The notes under the pieces are model-generated. The model made no database searches, was not told where the DNA came from, and saw nothing but the letters and a program-made list of their open reading frames with translations. This document shows, piece after piece, positions 9,681-19,900 of a stretch of 64,000 bases of DNA. The stretch lies in the IMG/VR virus record IMGVR_UViG_3300027759_006101, positions 248,001 to 312,000 of that record; one strand, 5' to 3'. The first letter of the stretch is position 1. Every line of letters begins with the position of its first letter. The position numbers were made by a program, and so were the translations under genes.

Positions 9681-10336
9681 TACAATCCAAATCTCTTTCT
9701 TGTAGCGTTATAATTTTGGAGAATTTCTTGTTCTGTTAAAGCTCGGTTGTAGATTTGAGCCAATGCAACAGTGCTATTTGAATACGAACCATATCCTGTG
9801 CCTCCCCAACCTAAAGAAAGCATATTAGTAGTTTCATAAACTATAGGTGTATTGACTGATGAAACACCAATTCCATTTATATAAAGATTATTTGCATTTG
9901 ATATTGAAGTAATTGTAACGTGATACCATTGATTGGTATTTGCTGTATATGCCATAGCGGTAGGATAAGAGCGAATTACTCCGCCAATTGTTCCAATATA
10001 ATTTCCTTGTCTCCAATTCACTCCATCAGTCCAACCAAAACAGACTGCAACATCCCCTGAAGTCAAACTTGCAAATTTAGCCCATACAGATAAAGTTATA
10101 TTTGTACCTTGAATATCATTTCTTCTACCTAATGCTATGTGGTCATTAGTCCCATCAAATATAAAACTGCCATTATTAGAACTTGTAAAACCAACACCAT
10201 TAATGAGTGTTGCACCTGTTCCAGCATATAAATCATAGAATGTTAAACCACTACCAGAATAGCTTCTTCTATTAGCAGCATCAAGATAAAATATTAATCC
10301 ATCAGATATAATGCTTGGAGAATGTGCAAGTCCCAT
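9680..10336 (-). CDS. LamG/ConA-like protein (array member 6); start corrected to MGLAHSP
   Basis: ATG at 10336 lies 1 nt after the upstream TGA and gives the family N-terminus; FIFDGTND, WYHVTIT, IYNRALTEQEILQNYNA. Confidence 0.85.
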   Translation of the reverse strand: MGLAHSPSIISDGLIFYLDAANRRSYSGSGLTFYDLYAGTGATLINGVGFTSSNNGSFIFDGTNDHIALGRRNDIQGTNITLSVWAKFASLTSGDVAVCFGWTDGVNWRQGNYIGTIGGVIRSYPTAMAYTANTNQWYHVTITSISNANNLYINGIGVSSVNTPIVYETTNMLSLGWGGTGYGSYSNSTVALAQIYNRALTEQEILQNYNATRKRFGL

Positions 10337-10337
10337 A

Positions 10338-11000
10338 TCAAATGTTATACCGTTCACGCATAGCATTAAAGTTTTGTTGAATTTCTGTGGCTGATAATGC
10401 TCTGTTAAAAATTTGAACTTGAGATATATTTCCGTTAAAATAAAAACCGCCACCAGAAAATCCAATTAAAAGACCATTACTAGTTAATACATTACTAGAA
10501 ACTGTATTTAAAGTAAAATTTGCAATTCCATCTCTGTAAATATAATGTGTTGTACTGCTTCTTACCGAAACTAAATAATGCCATTCATTATCTGCAAATG
10601 GTAAAAAAATTCCATAGTCACCACTTGTTTCTCTTATACCTCCACCCCAATAAGAAGGAGTTGTAATGCTTCTTCCTAACCAAAACCCATTGATATAATC
10701 AAATTCTATAAGTCTTGCAACAATACCATTTGAAGATGAAGGCTTAAACCATAAAGTGACTGTAAAATCTCCTGATATTGATGTTAGTGAAGGTACATTG
10801 ATATAATCATTAGTACCATCAAAGATAAAACTCCCATTATTTGCACTACTAAATCCAACACCATTTACGAGAGTTCCACCAATTCCACCCACTAAACCAT
10901 TAGAAGTTAAGCCAGATCCAGAGTAACTTCTTAAGTTAGAAGCGTCTAATTGAAAAACTAATCCATCAGATATAGAGTTTGGTCCAGCAGAAATTCCCAT
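10338..11000 (-). CDS. LamG/ConA-like protein (array member 5)
   Basis: DGLVFQLDASNLRSYSGSG, FIFDGTNDY, WHYLVSV, IFNRALSATEIQQNFNA. Confidence 0.85.
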   Translation of the reverse strand: MGISAGPNSISDGLVFQLDASNLRSYSGSGLTSNGLVGGIGGTLVNGVGFSSANNGSFIFDGTNDYINVPSLTSISGDFTVTLWFKPSSSNGIVARLIEFDYINGFWLGRSITTPSYWGGGIRETSGDYGIFLPFADNEWHYLVSVRSSTTHYIYRDGIANFTLNTVSSNVLTSNGLLIGFSGGGFYFNGNISQVQIFNRALSATEIQQNFNAMRERYNI

Positions 11001-11695
11001 TATCTGTATCTTCCTTTTGTGGCATTATAATTTTGCTTTATTTCTTGGGCAGATAAAGCTCTATCAAATAGCTGAACTTGTGATATATTTCCATTAAAAA
11101 TAAATTCATTAGCTTCATCTCTGGCAATTCGAACATTAATAGAATTACTTATGGTTGTGATAGGAGATCCTCCGCCATTCGAAATTGAATAAGAAATTCC
11201 ATCAACAAATAAATCTGTCGCAACTTTATTTGTAATTACTACAGCAACGTGATGCCAGACATTATCATTAATTAATTTACTACAATAATATATAATCCAT
11301 CTACTTCCATCAGTTTGTAATAAAATACTTAATCCTTGTGTAGGAATATCTCCTCGAACAAACATTGCCCAACCAGCTCCACTACCATAGTTTACCAATT
11401 TTGCAACTATCATTTGTACATTAGTGATTGCAGATGTTTTTTGCCAAGCTACTACTGTAAAATTTGTGGGATTATCAAGAAAATTTCCACAATCTACATA
11501 ATCATTTGTCCCATCGAAAATAAAACTTCCATTATTTGATGAAGTAAATCCAACACCATTTACAAGAGTTCCACCTATTCCGCCAACAAGTCCATTAGCT
11601 GTTAGACCTGTTCCTGAATAGCATCTTGGATTAGCTGCATCAAGATACAATACTAATCCATCAGAAACAATTATATTATTATAATCAATGCCCAT
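11000..11695 (-). CDS. LamG/ConA-like protein (array member 4)
   Basis: DGLVLYLDAANPRCYSG, DNVWHHVAVV, FDRALSAQEIKQNYNA. Confidence 0.85.
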   Translation of the reverse strand: MGIDYNNIIVSDGLVLYLDAANPRCYSGTGLTANGLVGGIGGTLVNGVGFTSSNNGSFIFDGTNDYVDCGNFLDNPTNFTVVAWQKTSAITNVQMIVAKLVNYGSGAGWAMFVRGDIPTQGLSILLQTDGSRWIIYYCSKLINDNVWHHVAVVITNKVATDLFVDGISYSISNGGGSPITTISNSINVRIARDEANEFIFNGNISQVQLFDRALSAQEIKQNYNATKGRYR

Positions 11696-12369
11696 TAAAG
11701 TCCATATCTCCTTTTTGTAGCATTATAATTTTGTACTATTTCTGATGCAGTTAAAGCACGATTGTAAATTTTAGCAATACTTATATCACCTTGTAGATAT
11801 TCTGTGGCATAAGTTTTTGCTAGTTGAATTGTAGTTGAAGTTACGTTATGGCTTGTTGGAGTGTCAGAAGCAACAAGAACATTATTAGCATATATTTTTC
11901 TTGTAGTGCCATCAAAAGTAACTCCAGCGTAAAACCATTGATTATTTTGAATATTTCCATTATTGTTAGATGATATTAAATCGTTAGCCCACCAATAATG
12001 AGTCAAATTTCCTAGAGTAGCCGTATATGTTCTAAATGCATTGCTTTGATTGGAAACAGTAAAACCACCAATAGAAATCAAGCCTCTTCCATCTGCCCAA
12101 GAAGAAAGTCTTGCAAATAAGAACATAGAGTAATTATCATTTGCTACAGGAATAGAAGAAGTTCCAGCTCCAGTAAAATAACCTGTTGCGCCTGTTGAAA
12201 AATATCCAGAAGAATTAAAAGATGGGGAATTTGTTAAAGTTAAGTTATTTGCGTTTCTTGACAAATCGTACCAAGTATTGCCTGATCCTGAATAACTTCT
12301 TGGATTTGCTGCATCCCAATATCCCACTAATCCATCAGTGACAATTATAGGAGAATGATCAAGCCCCAT
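11695..12369 (-). CDS. LamG/ConA-like protein (array member 3)
   Basis: DGLVGYWDAANPRSYSGSG, WFYAGVTFDG, IYNRALTASEIVQNYNA. Confidence 0.85.
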   Translation of the reverse strand: MGLDHSPIIVTDGLVGYWDAANPRSYSGSGNTWYDLSRNANNLTLTNSPSFNSSGYFSTGATGYFTGAGTSSIPVANDNYSMFLFARLSSWADGRGLISIGGFTVSNQSNAFRTYTATLGNLTHYWWANDLISSNNNGNIQNNQWFYAGVTFDGTTRKIYANNVLVASDTPTSHNVTSTTIQLAKTYATEYLQGDISIAKIYNRALTASEIVQNYNATKRRYGL

Positions 12370-13025
12370 TATCTATATCTCCCTTTTGTGGCGTGGTAGT
12401 TTTGTAACACTTCTTGGGCTGTTAATGCTCGGTTGTACATATTGAATGAAGAAATTTGACAAGCAGCATATTGAGATGCATTAGCTTCTGCACCACCAAA
12501 CAAATAATCAGTTGGAAAATTGGAAATAGTTATAGTAGTAGTTAAAACTGAAACTCCATTCAAGTAAATAATTGTTCCGTCATTTACTCCTGATTGATAT
12601 GTCATAACTACATTTTTCCAAGTGTTGTCTGCAATATTAATACCAGTAGATCTTGTTTGATTTCCACCCCAATCATAGGCAACTAACACACTATCATTAT
12701 AAAAAAAACCATAAGCACCTTGTCTTGCAATAATGCCTCTAAAGCCTCCACCTGGTGCGCTTGTTTTTGTCCAAGCTGATAATGTGCCTGAAGATTGTTG
12801 CAATGTAGAACTATTACCAAAATTTATATAGTCATTAGTTCCATCAAAAATAAAACTTCCATTATTAGAAGAGGTAAATCCAACTCCATTTACAAGAGTC
12901 CCAACAATACCACCTACTAATCCATTTGCAGTAAAACCAGCTCCTGAATAACTTCTTGTATTTCCAGCATCTAATTGAACAATTAATCCATCAGTAACTT
13001 CGATAGGTCCAATATCAATGCCCAT
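12369..13025 (-). CDS. LamG/ConA-like protein (array member 2)
   Basis: DGLIVQLDAGNTRSYSG, DNTWKNVVMTY, YNRALTAQEVLQNYHA. Confidence 0.85.
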   Translation of the reverse strand: MGIDIGPIEVTDGLIVQLDAGNTRSYSGAGFTANGLVGGIVGTLVNGVGFTSSNNGSFIFDGTNDYINFGNSSTLQQSSGTLSAWTKTSAPGGGFRGIIARQGAYGFFYNDSVLVAYDWGGNQTRSTGINIADNTWKNVVMTYQSGVNDGTIIYLNGVSVLTTTITISNFPTDYLFGGAEANASQYAACQISSFNMYNRALTAQEVLQNYHATKGRYR

Positions 13026-13028
13026 TAT

Positions 13029-13775
13029 TTATAACCCATAGATAGCTTTATAAGTGTTGTAGTTAGTTGCTACTTCGTCAGCTGTCAATCCTCTGTTGTA
13101 TACTTGAAAACTACCTACTCTCATAGCACAATAACTTCCCTCACCCATATTTGTACCGTCTTCAGCACCTAAAGCATAATGTAAATTAAAGCCATTGTTA
13201 AAAGGAGCTTGTCTTGTTAAAGTTGCAGTGCCGATTGATGCCCCATTAATATATGCAGTAAGGGTAGTTCCAGAGTAAGTCCAGCCAAGGTTATACCAAG
13301 TATTGAAAGATTTTGATGAACTTGTCACTCTATTAACTAAATTACCATGCCAAACACTAAAAGATATTAGACCACCACTTGATATTTCAATGTTTGAATC
13401 GTGCCAAGCTGAGTTTACAACAGCTTGGCCTATTTCAGAAACAATAACCCCTTGCTCAGTAGGATAACACCAAATAAAAATTGATTGGGCTGTAGATTTA
13501 TTAGGAGATGTTCCACTTATCTGCGCATTTAAGGATGTTGAAGTCATAACGTATTGATTAGAACCATTTAAGGATATATATCCACCGTCACTGCTGGAAT
13601 AAGTTGGACTATTAGCTAAAGTCGCATTACTATTACCTACATCATCAGTCCATGTTGAGCCAGAAGGAGGTGCTGTTTTCAAGTGACAAATTAACCCAGA
13701 ACCAACAACTGCTACACGAGTTGAAAAGATTCTACTTAAAGGTTTATGTTGACTGGAAAATGTGTTTAATGGCAT
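13029..13775 (-). CDS. LamG/ConA-like protein (array member 1)
   Basis: SGSTWTD, LNGSNQY, NTWYNLGWTYSG, VYNRGLTADEVATNYN. Confidence 0.8.
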   Translation of the reverse strand: MPLNTFSSQHKPLSRIFSTRVAVVGSGLICHLKTAPPSGSTWTDDVGNSNATLANSPTYSSSDGGYISLNGSNQYVMTSTSLNAQISGTSPNKSTAQSIFIWCYPTEQGVIVSEIGQAVVNSAWHDSNIEISSGGLISFSVWHGNLVNRVTSSSKSFNTWYNLGWTYSGTTLTAYINGASIGTATLTRQAPFNNGFNLHYALGAEDGTNMGEGSYCAMRVGSFQVYNRGLTADEVATNYNTYKAIYGL

Positions 13776-13781
13776 TATATT

Positions 13782-16700
13782 TTATCCGTAAGTGGAATAT
13801 TGACCTAAAACTGTCCAAGCAGATCCAGTTCTAATTAAACTGAAACCGACTATATCAACCTTACTTGCCGTTCCAGTTGGGGTAATATTATTTACCCATT
13901 TTATTGTTTGCGCACTACCATCTATTTGAAGTGCTGTTGACATATAAGGAGTGACACCTTGTGCTAATACTAAAGTCACACCAATGGCTCTATCATTTGT
14001 AGTTGGAACATTTGTTATATTTGCTGTAAAGTTATTGGAAATAGAGCTGTGATAAAAAATTGAACCTGTTGACAAATCGTGTGTAACTGTTCCTGTAGCA
14101 GATGTTTTTGTAGTTAATTTTTCTGATGTATATGTAAGAGTTGTTAAGCCAGAGATACTTAAATCTGATCCAATATTTAAAGTTCCACCAATACCAACTC
14201 CACCTGTTACTACTAATGCTCCAGTAGTTGTAGATGAAGAGTTTGTAGTTGAAGTGATAACAACATTACCACTTGAACTCAAGCTAGATACTCCCATACC
14301 TCCATCAGCGCCTACTCTAAATCTAGTAACAGCATTTTTTTGTAAATTTATTAAGTCGCCATTAAAAGCTGATATTGCATTTGCAGCAATAAGTGTTCCA
14401 TCAACACTTCCGTTAAAAGAACCAATTGTTTGTTCAATCAATAATGCAGCAGAAGTAGAAGTAGGTAGTTCTTCACCTGGAAAATTACCTAATCTTAAGC
14501 CATTAGTTGTAGTATTGAAGAATAAACTTCTTGTTCCACCAAACCCACTACCAGATTTATATTGAACACTTCCGTCTAAAGCGCCACCTGAAGAACCTCC
14601 AGAAGTAATCATCGGCACCCAACTCATTACACCAGCAGAAGTGGATTGCAATACTGATGAACCAGTAGCCGGAGATGTTGCTGGTAATGTATATACTGTA
14701 TTACCTGTAGCAGATGAAACAAAAGCTGTGTAATTTGCTCCATTAAATAATTGAAGTCTTCCACCAACAGAAACTGACTGACCAATTCCTACTCCACCAT
14801 ATACCCATAAAGAGCCTGATGTAGTAGACGTAGAGGCAATATTTCCACCAATAGATATTCCAGTGCCGGTAAACTGTAAATTAGCATTTTCGCTAACGGC
14901 ATTAGATGAGGCTGGATAAAAAGCAGCATAGGTCGCAGTTCCACTATTTACTGTGCCTGAACTGGATCCCCCCATAATATTGGTTGCAACGCCATTGCCA
15001 CCAGTAGTGATATCTAAAAAGAAACCTCTTGCAGAACCACCTTGCTCAAAGAATCTAAGTCTATTTTGGAAGATATCAATTGTTACACCGTTAGTAATTG
15101 TGGAGTTGGTAGCTGGCTTGTTAAGGAAAATCTCTCCGCCTTCATCACCAAAACTCTGCATAATGCTTAATTTGGTATTTGCATTTGCAGCAACAAATAA
15201 ATCGCCTTGAACTCCCACTCCTCCGCTTACGACTAATGCGCCTGTAGAAGATGATGTTGAAGATGTCGTAGATGTTACTGCTAATCCAGAAACATGTAAT
15301 ATTTCAGTAGATGGATTAAATGATATTGTTGAATCACTTGAAACAGCAGAGCCAGCAGATAACGATGATGGTGTAAATAAAATTGGATGGAAAACATTTG
15401 CGTTTCCAGCTGTGTTTACTACAATATTTTGCGCTGTATTTCCAGAAGCTGTCATAGGCACCCAGCTCATTACACCAGCAGCGGTAGACTGTAATACTGA
15501 AGATCCTGTTGCTGGACTTGTGGCTGGCAATGTATAGACTGTGTTGCCAGTTGCAGAAGAAACAAATGCAGTGTAGTTTGAGCTATTGAATAATTGTATC
15601 CTTCCACCAACACTTACAGATTGACCAATACCAACTCCGCCTGTTACAACTAAAGAGCCTGTTGAAGCTGTATTTGATGCCGTAGTTGAGGTTATTGCAG
15701 CACCAGAAACGCTCAGTATATCTGAAGATGGATTATATACTAATGTGGTGTTAGAAGATACCGCTAAGCCAGAAGCCGAGCCAAAAGATGGTGTGAATAA
15801 TAATGGGTGATTTGCATTTGTAGATGCTGAAATTACATTTATATTTGTAGCAGTAGTGGCAATTCCTGAAGAAGTTGCATTTCCTACAAATAATGTTGAT
15901 TGAGCTACATATGTTGGAGTGGCACCAGATCCAGCTGAAGTTAAAACATAACCTGAATTTGAATTTGCAGTTAATCTTGCCCAAGTAGAAGAAGTATTTG
16001 CGTAAAGTATATCGCCTACTGTAAATGTAGTTTGGAGACCAGTGCCACCATAAAAGGCTGTAATTGAAGTTCCAGACCAAACACCAGTAGTAATTGTGCC
16101 TAAAGCTGTGAGACTAGAATTTGTTACTCCTGTTCCTAAAGATGAACTAGAAAGAATAGTGGTATTATTTATTTTATATGTATTACCTGATGCTAAATTG
16201 AGAGATTCAGAAGATGACCAACCTGTACCTGTATACCAATTTATAGATTTATCAGTAGCACCACGAAGAGTTATACCGCCACCTTCAGCAGTAACGTCGG
16301 ATGGAGTTACAACAGAACCTAATTCAATATTTTTATCATCAACGGTCAAGGTTACTGAATTTATTGTAGTTGTTGTGCCATTTATTGTCAAATCACCAGC
16401 AACATATAAACTACCGCCAATTCCCACTCCACCAACAATTGTAAGAGCGCCTGAAGATGAATTTGTGGCTGCAGTTGTGTAGCCTATATTTATAGATGTC
16501 CCAGTATTTGTAAAACTTAAAGAACCAGTTATTGCAGTTCCAGCAGTAGGATAGTATGGAATTGAATTGAGTGAACCATCGTAGACAGTTCCAGCTCCGC
16601 CTGCACTTCCCCCAGTAACAGTCATAGGCACCCAACTCAATACACCAGCAGAAGTGGATTGTAATACTGAACTTCCTGTAGCTGGACTAGTTGCTGGTAA

Positions 16701-16928
16701 AGTATAGACTGTATTGCCAGAAGCAGAAGAAACAAAAGCAGTGTAATTTGCTCCATTGAACATCTGCAACCTACCACTTATAGATGCAGACTGACCAATA
16801 CCAATTCCTCCACTTAATACAATAGAACCAGTGGTAGATGAAACTGAATTTGTATTATTGACAACAAAAAGATTATCAGCACTTACTCCAATTCCGCTTG
16901 ATAATATAAAACTTCGCTTTATTGCCAT
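13782..16928 (-). CDS. mosaic tail-fibre-like protein (~1048 aa); start corrected to MAIKRSF
   Basis: GAGGA before ATG at 16928, 2 nt after the upstream stop; repeated GALxVxGGVGIG, three YTLPATSPATGSSVLQST modules, DKNIELG module, globular C-terminal domain. Confidence 0.8.
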   Translation of the reverse strand: MAIKRSFILSSGIGVSADNLFVVNNTNSVSSTTGSIVLSGGIGIGQSASISGRLQMFNGANYTAFVSSASGNTVYTLPATSPATGSSVLQSTSAGVLSWVPMTVTGGSAGGAGTVYDGSLNSIPYYPTAGTAITGSLSFTNTGTSINIGYTTAATNSSSGALTIVGGVGIGGSLYVAGDLTINGTTTTINSVTLTVDDKNIELGSVVTPSDVTAEGGGITLRGATDKSINWYTGTGWSSSESLNLASGNTYKINNTTILSSSSLGTGVTNSSLTALGTITTGVWSGTSITAFYGGTGLQTTFTVGDILYANTSSTWARLTANSNSGYVLTSAGSGATPTYVAQSTLFVGNATSSGIATTATNINVISASTNANHPLLFTPSFGSASGLAVSSNTTLVYNPSSDILSVSGAAITSTTASNTASTGSLVVTGGVGIGQSVSVGGRIQLFNSSNYTAFVSSATGNTVYTLPATSPATGSSVLQSTAAGVMSWVPMTASGNTAQNIVVNTAGNANVFHPILFTPSSLSAGSAVSSDSTISFNPSTEILHVSGLAVTSTTSSTSSSTGALVVSGGVGVQGDLFVAANANTKLSIMQSFGDEGGEIFLNKPATNSTITNGVTIDIFQNRLRFFEQGGSARGFFLDITTGGNGVATNIMGGSSSGTVNSGTATYAAFYPASSNAVSENANLQFTGTGISIGGNIASTSTTSGSLWVYGGVGIGQSVSVGGRLQLFNGANYTAFVSSATGNTVYTLPATSPATGSSVLQSTSAGVMSWVPMITSGGSSGGALDGSVQYKSGSGFGGTRSLFFNTTTNGLRLGNFPGEELPTSTSAALLIEQTIGSFNGSVDGTLIAANAISAFNGDLINLQKNAVTRFRVGADGGMGVSSLSSSGNVVITSTTNSSSTTTGALVVTGGVGIGGTLNIGSDLSISGLTTLTYTSEKLTTKTSATGTVTHDLSTGSIFYHSSISNNFTANITNVPTTNDRAIGVTLVLAQGVTPYMSTALQIDGSAQTIKWVNNITPTGTASKVDIVGFSLIRTGSAWTVLGQYSTYG

Positions 16929-16930
16929 TA

Positions 16931-19900
16931 CTAAATCCTCATAACAGAACAAGCAATTTTATAAGTTGTTACTGCATTTGTTGGTGTTACTAAAAATCTC
17001 ATATTGCCACCAGAAATATCTCCATCAAATGTTGATCCAATTGCACCAGTATTGACCATCGCATATTCAGTCATAAATACTTGGCTATCATCGTGCACCA
17101 TCAAAATTTCTTGTGAATGATAATTTGAGCCAGATGTTACTTGCACAACCATTTTTGCTGTTCTAAATGATGATGCGTCTATTGACAATGCAACTTGATT
17201 TGCAGTGGTGGCAGATGTAACTAACGTAGATGAAATTTGGTCATAAACTCCATTGATACTAAAAGATGATGCATAAACTGTTCCTGCAACACCTACTCCC
17301 CCATCAACAATTAAAGCGCCCGTAGAAGTTGATGTAGAAGGTGTAGTGTTGGTTATATGAATTGGTTGTGATAAATCAATTCCACTACCAAGAGCAATTT
17401 CAACCCATTGAGCCGTATCGACATCATTGTAATAAACAAGCAAACCACCATCTAAAGAATTGAACCAAAGATCAGCATTTTTTGGACTGGCTGGAGGTGT
17501 ATCAGAAACAGTTAATGGAGTAACTGTAGTCCAGCCAACTCCTGAAGGCTTCGAAGAATCTGCGCCAAGTACATAACTATTAATGCCCACTGGAAGTTTT
17601 ATGAATGTACTTCCTGAACCAACTAATAAATCACCCTTTGTGTAAGAGTTATATCCCGTTCCACCATAAAGAGAAGTTATTAATGTTCCAGCCCAACTAC
17701 CAGAAGTAATTACACCATTATTTAAAACTACACCAGAAATACTATCTGCAGTTGATGTTCCAGTAAATAAACTTCCACCAATTCCAACTCCACCAGTAAC
17801 AGTAAATGCTCCGGTAGATGTCGAAGTGGAAACTGTATTTGAAGAAATTACAGTGTCGTTCGTAAAAGTTTTGACACCAGCAAAAGATTGTGCTAATGTT
17901 GAAACAAGACCAGTAGCACCAGTTCCAGCAATCGGAACATTGAAAGTATGTGTTGAACCAGATGAGGATATATTGAATCCTGATCCAGATGTTCCAGTAG
18001 CAAAATATTGAATTGATGATGTGAGAGCATTTATTGTTGTTACACCAGTAGATGCAGCAACGGACCACTTTACACCACCAGGAGCAGTATTGTCTGCTGT
18101 AAGAACAAAATTATTTGTTCCTATTGGCAATTTATATAAAGTTGATCCAGCACCAACTAGTAAATCCCCAACTGTGTATAAATTGTATCCTGTTCCACCA
18201 TAGAATGCAGTTATTGCAGTTGCTGACCAAGTGCCAGTTGTAATTGTTCCTACTGCTGTTAGGGAAGAATTTGTAACTCCAGTTCCTAAAGATGTTGAGG
18301 AAAGAACTTGAGTACCATTAATTCTATAAACATAGCCGGATGAAAGATTAGTATCTCCAGCTACGTGAAGTTTGTAAGATGGATTAGAAAGTCCTATGCC
18401 AACATTTCCAGCAAACTCACCCATTGCAACAGTGCCATCAGCATTAGCACGTAATAAGGGTAGGCCAGATATATCATTTACGGCAAATATCCAACCAGAA
18501 GATAGATTGTTGTTTATTGAGAATAATTGCCCAGAACTACCATCAAAAGAAAGTGAATTGTCAGCAAGTACAGACAATGTTATTGGAGAGTTTGTTGTTC
18601 CAATAAATGCCATAGAAGGAATGACAGTAGTGCCAGCCGAGCCCAATGTTGCTTGGCTGAAATAAAGTCTTCCAATTGCGGAATTTCCAACATTTAAGTC
18701 AGTGGCTGTATATACTGTTCCGCCGATACCTACACCGCCTGTTACAACTAAAGCTCCAGTAGTTGAGCTTGTAGATACAGTTGAACCTGTGACTGCCAAT
18801 CCAGATACAGAAAGAATATCTGTGAATGGATTGTATACAAAAGTATTTTCTGTTGAAACAGCTGCTCCAGAAGCAGTTCCTGATGCTGGAGTAAACAATA
18901 CTCGATGGTTAGTATTTGTGGTAGCTGAAACAACATTTATATTTGTAGCAGTAGTTGCAAATCCAGAAGTTATTGCATATCCAGATTGATGGGCGTATGT
19001 TGCAGTAGTGGCTAAACCAGCAGTTATACCATAACCAGACTGATGAGCGTAAGTGGCTGTTGTGGCTAACCCTGAAGTAATAGCGTACCCTGCTTGATGT
19101 GAGTACGCAGCAGTTGTAGCTAAACCTGCTGTTATTGCATAACCAGATTGATAAGAATAACTTGAAGTGGAAGCAAATCCTACAGACAAAGTAGATGGTG
19201 CTACATATGTTGGAGTAGCACCAGAACCTGCAGAAACTAATACATATCCAGAATTTGAATCTGCAGTTAGTCTTCCCCAAGTGCTTGTAGTGTTAGCGTA
19301 AAGAATATCTCCAACAGTAAATGAAGGAACTAATCCAGTTCCACCATACAATGCTGTAACTGCAGTTGCAGACCAAACTCCAGTGGTAATTGTTCCTACA
19401 GCAGTAAGTGAAGAATTTGTTACACCTGTTCCAAGAGAAGAACTTGAAATAACATTGGTGCCATTTATTTTGAAAGTGTTGCCTGATGCTAAATTAAAAC
19501 TTTCTGAAGATGACCAACCCACCCCAGAATACCAGTTTATAGATTTATCAGTAGCACCACGTAAAGTGATACCTCCACCTTGAGCAGTCAAATCAGATGG
19601 GCTTGCAACAACACCAAGTTCAATATTTTTATCAGCAACTGTTATTGTTGTCGAATTGATTGTAGTAAATGTACCTTGAACATTAAGGTCGCCTTGGACA
19701 TTAAGTGTTCCGCCTACTCCTACTCCACCAGTAACAACTAAAGCGCCAGTAGTATAAGAACCTGAACCTGTGCTATCTGTTATTGAAACAGCATTTGTGA
19801 AAGTTTTGATTCCGGCAAAACTTTGTGCTTGTGTAGACACTAAGCCTGTAGCACCTGTACCAGCAATTGGAATATTTAGTGTATGTGTTGAGCCAGAAGA

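Noticed and set aside
9015-13775. Diversity-generating retroelement acting on LamG or fibre tips
   Set aside because: No reverse transcriptase in the window and no near-identical repeat pair differing only at adenines was seen; an RT elsewhere cannot be excluded
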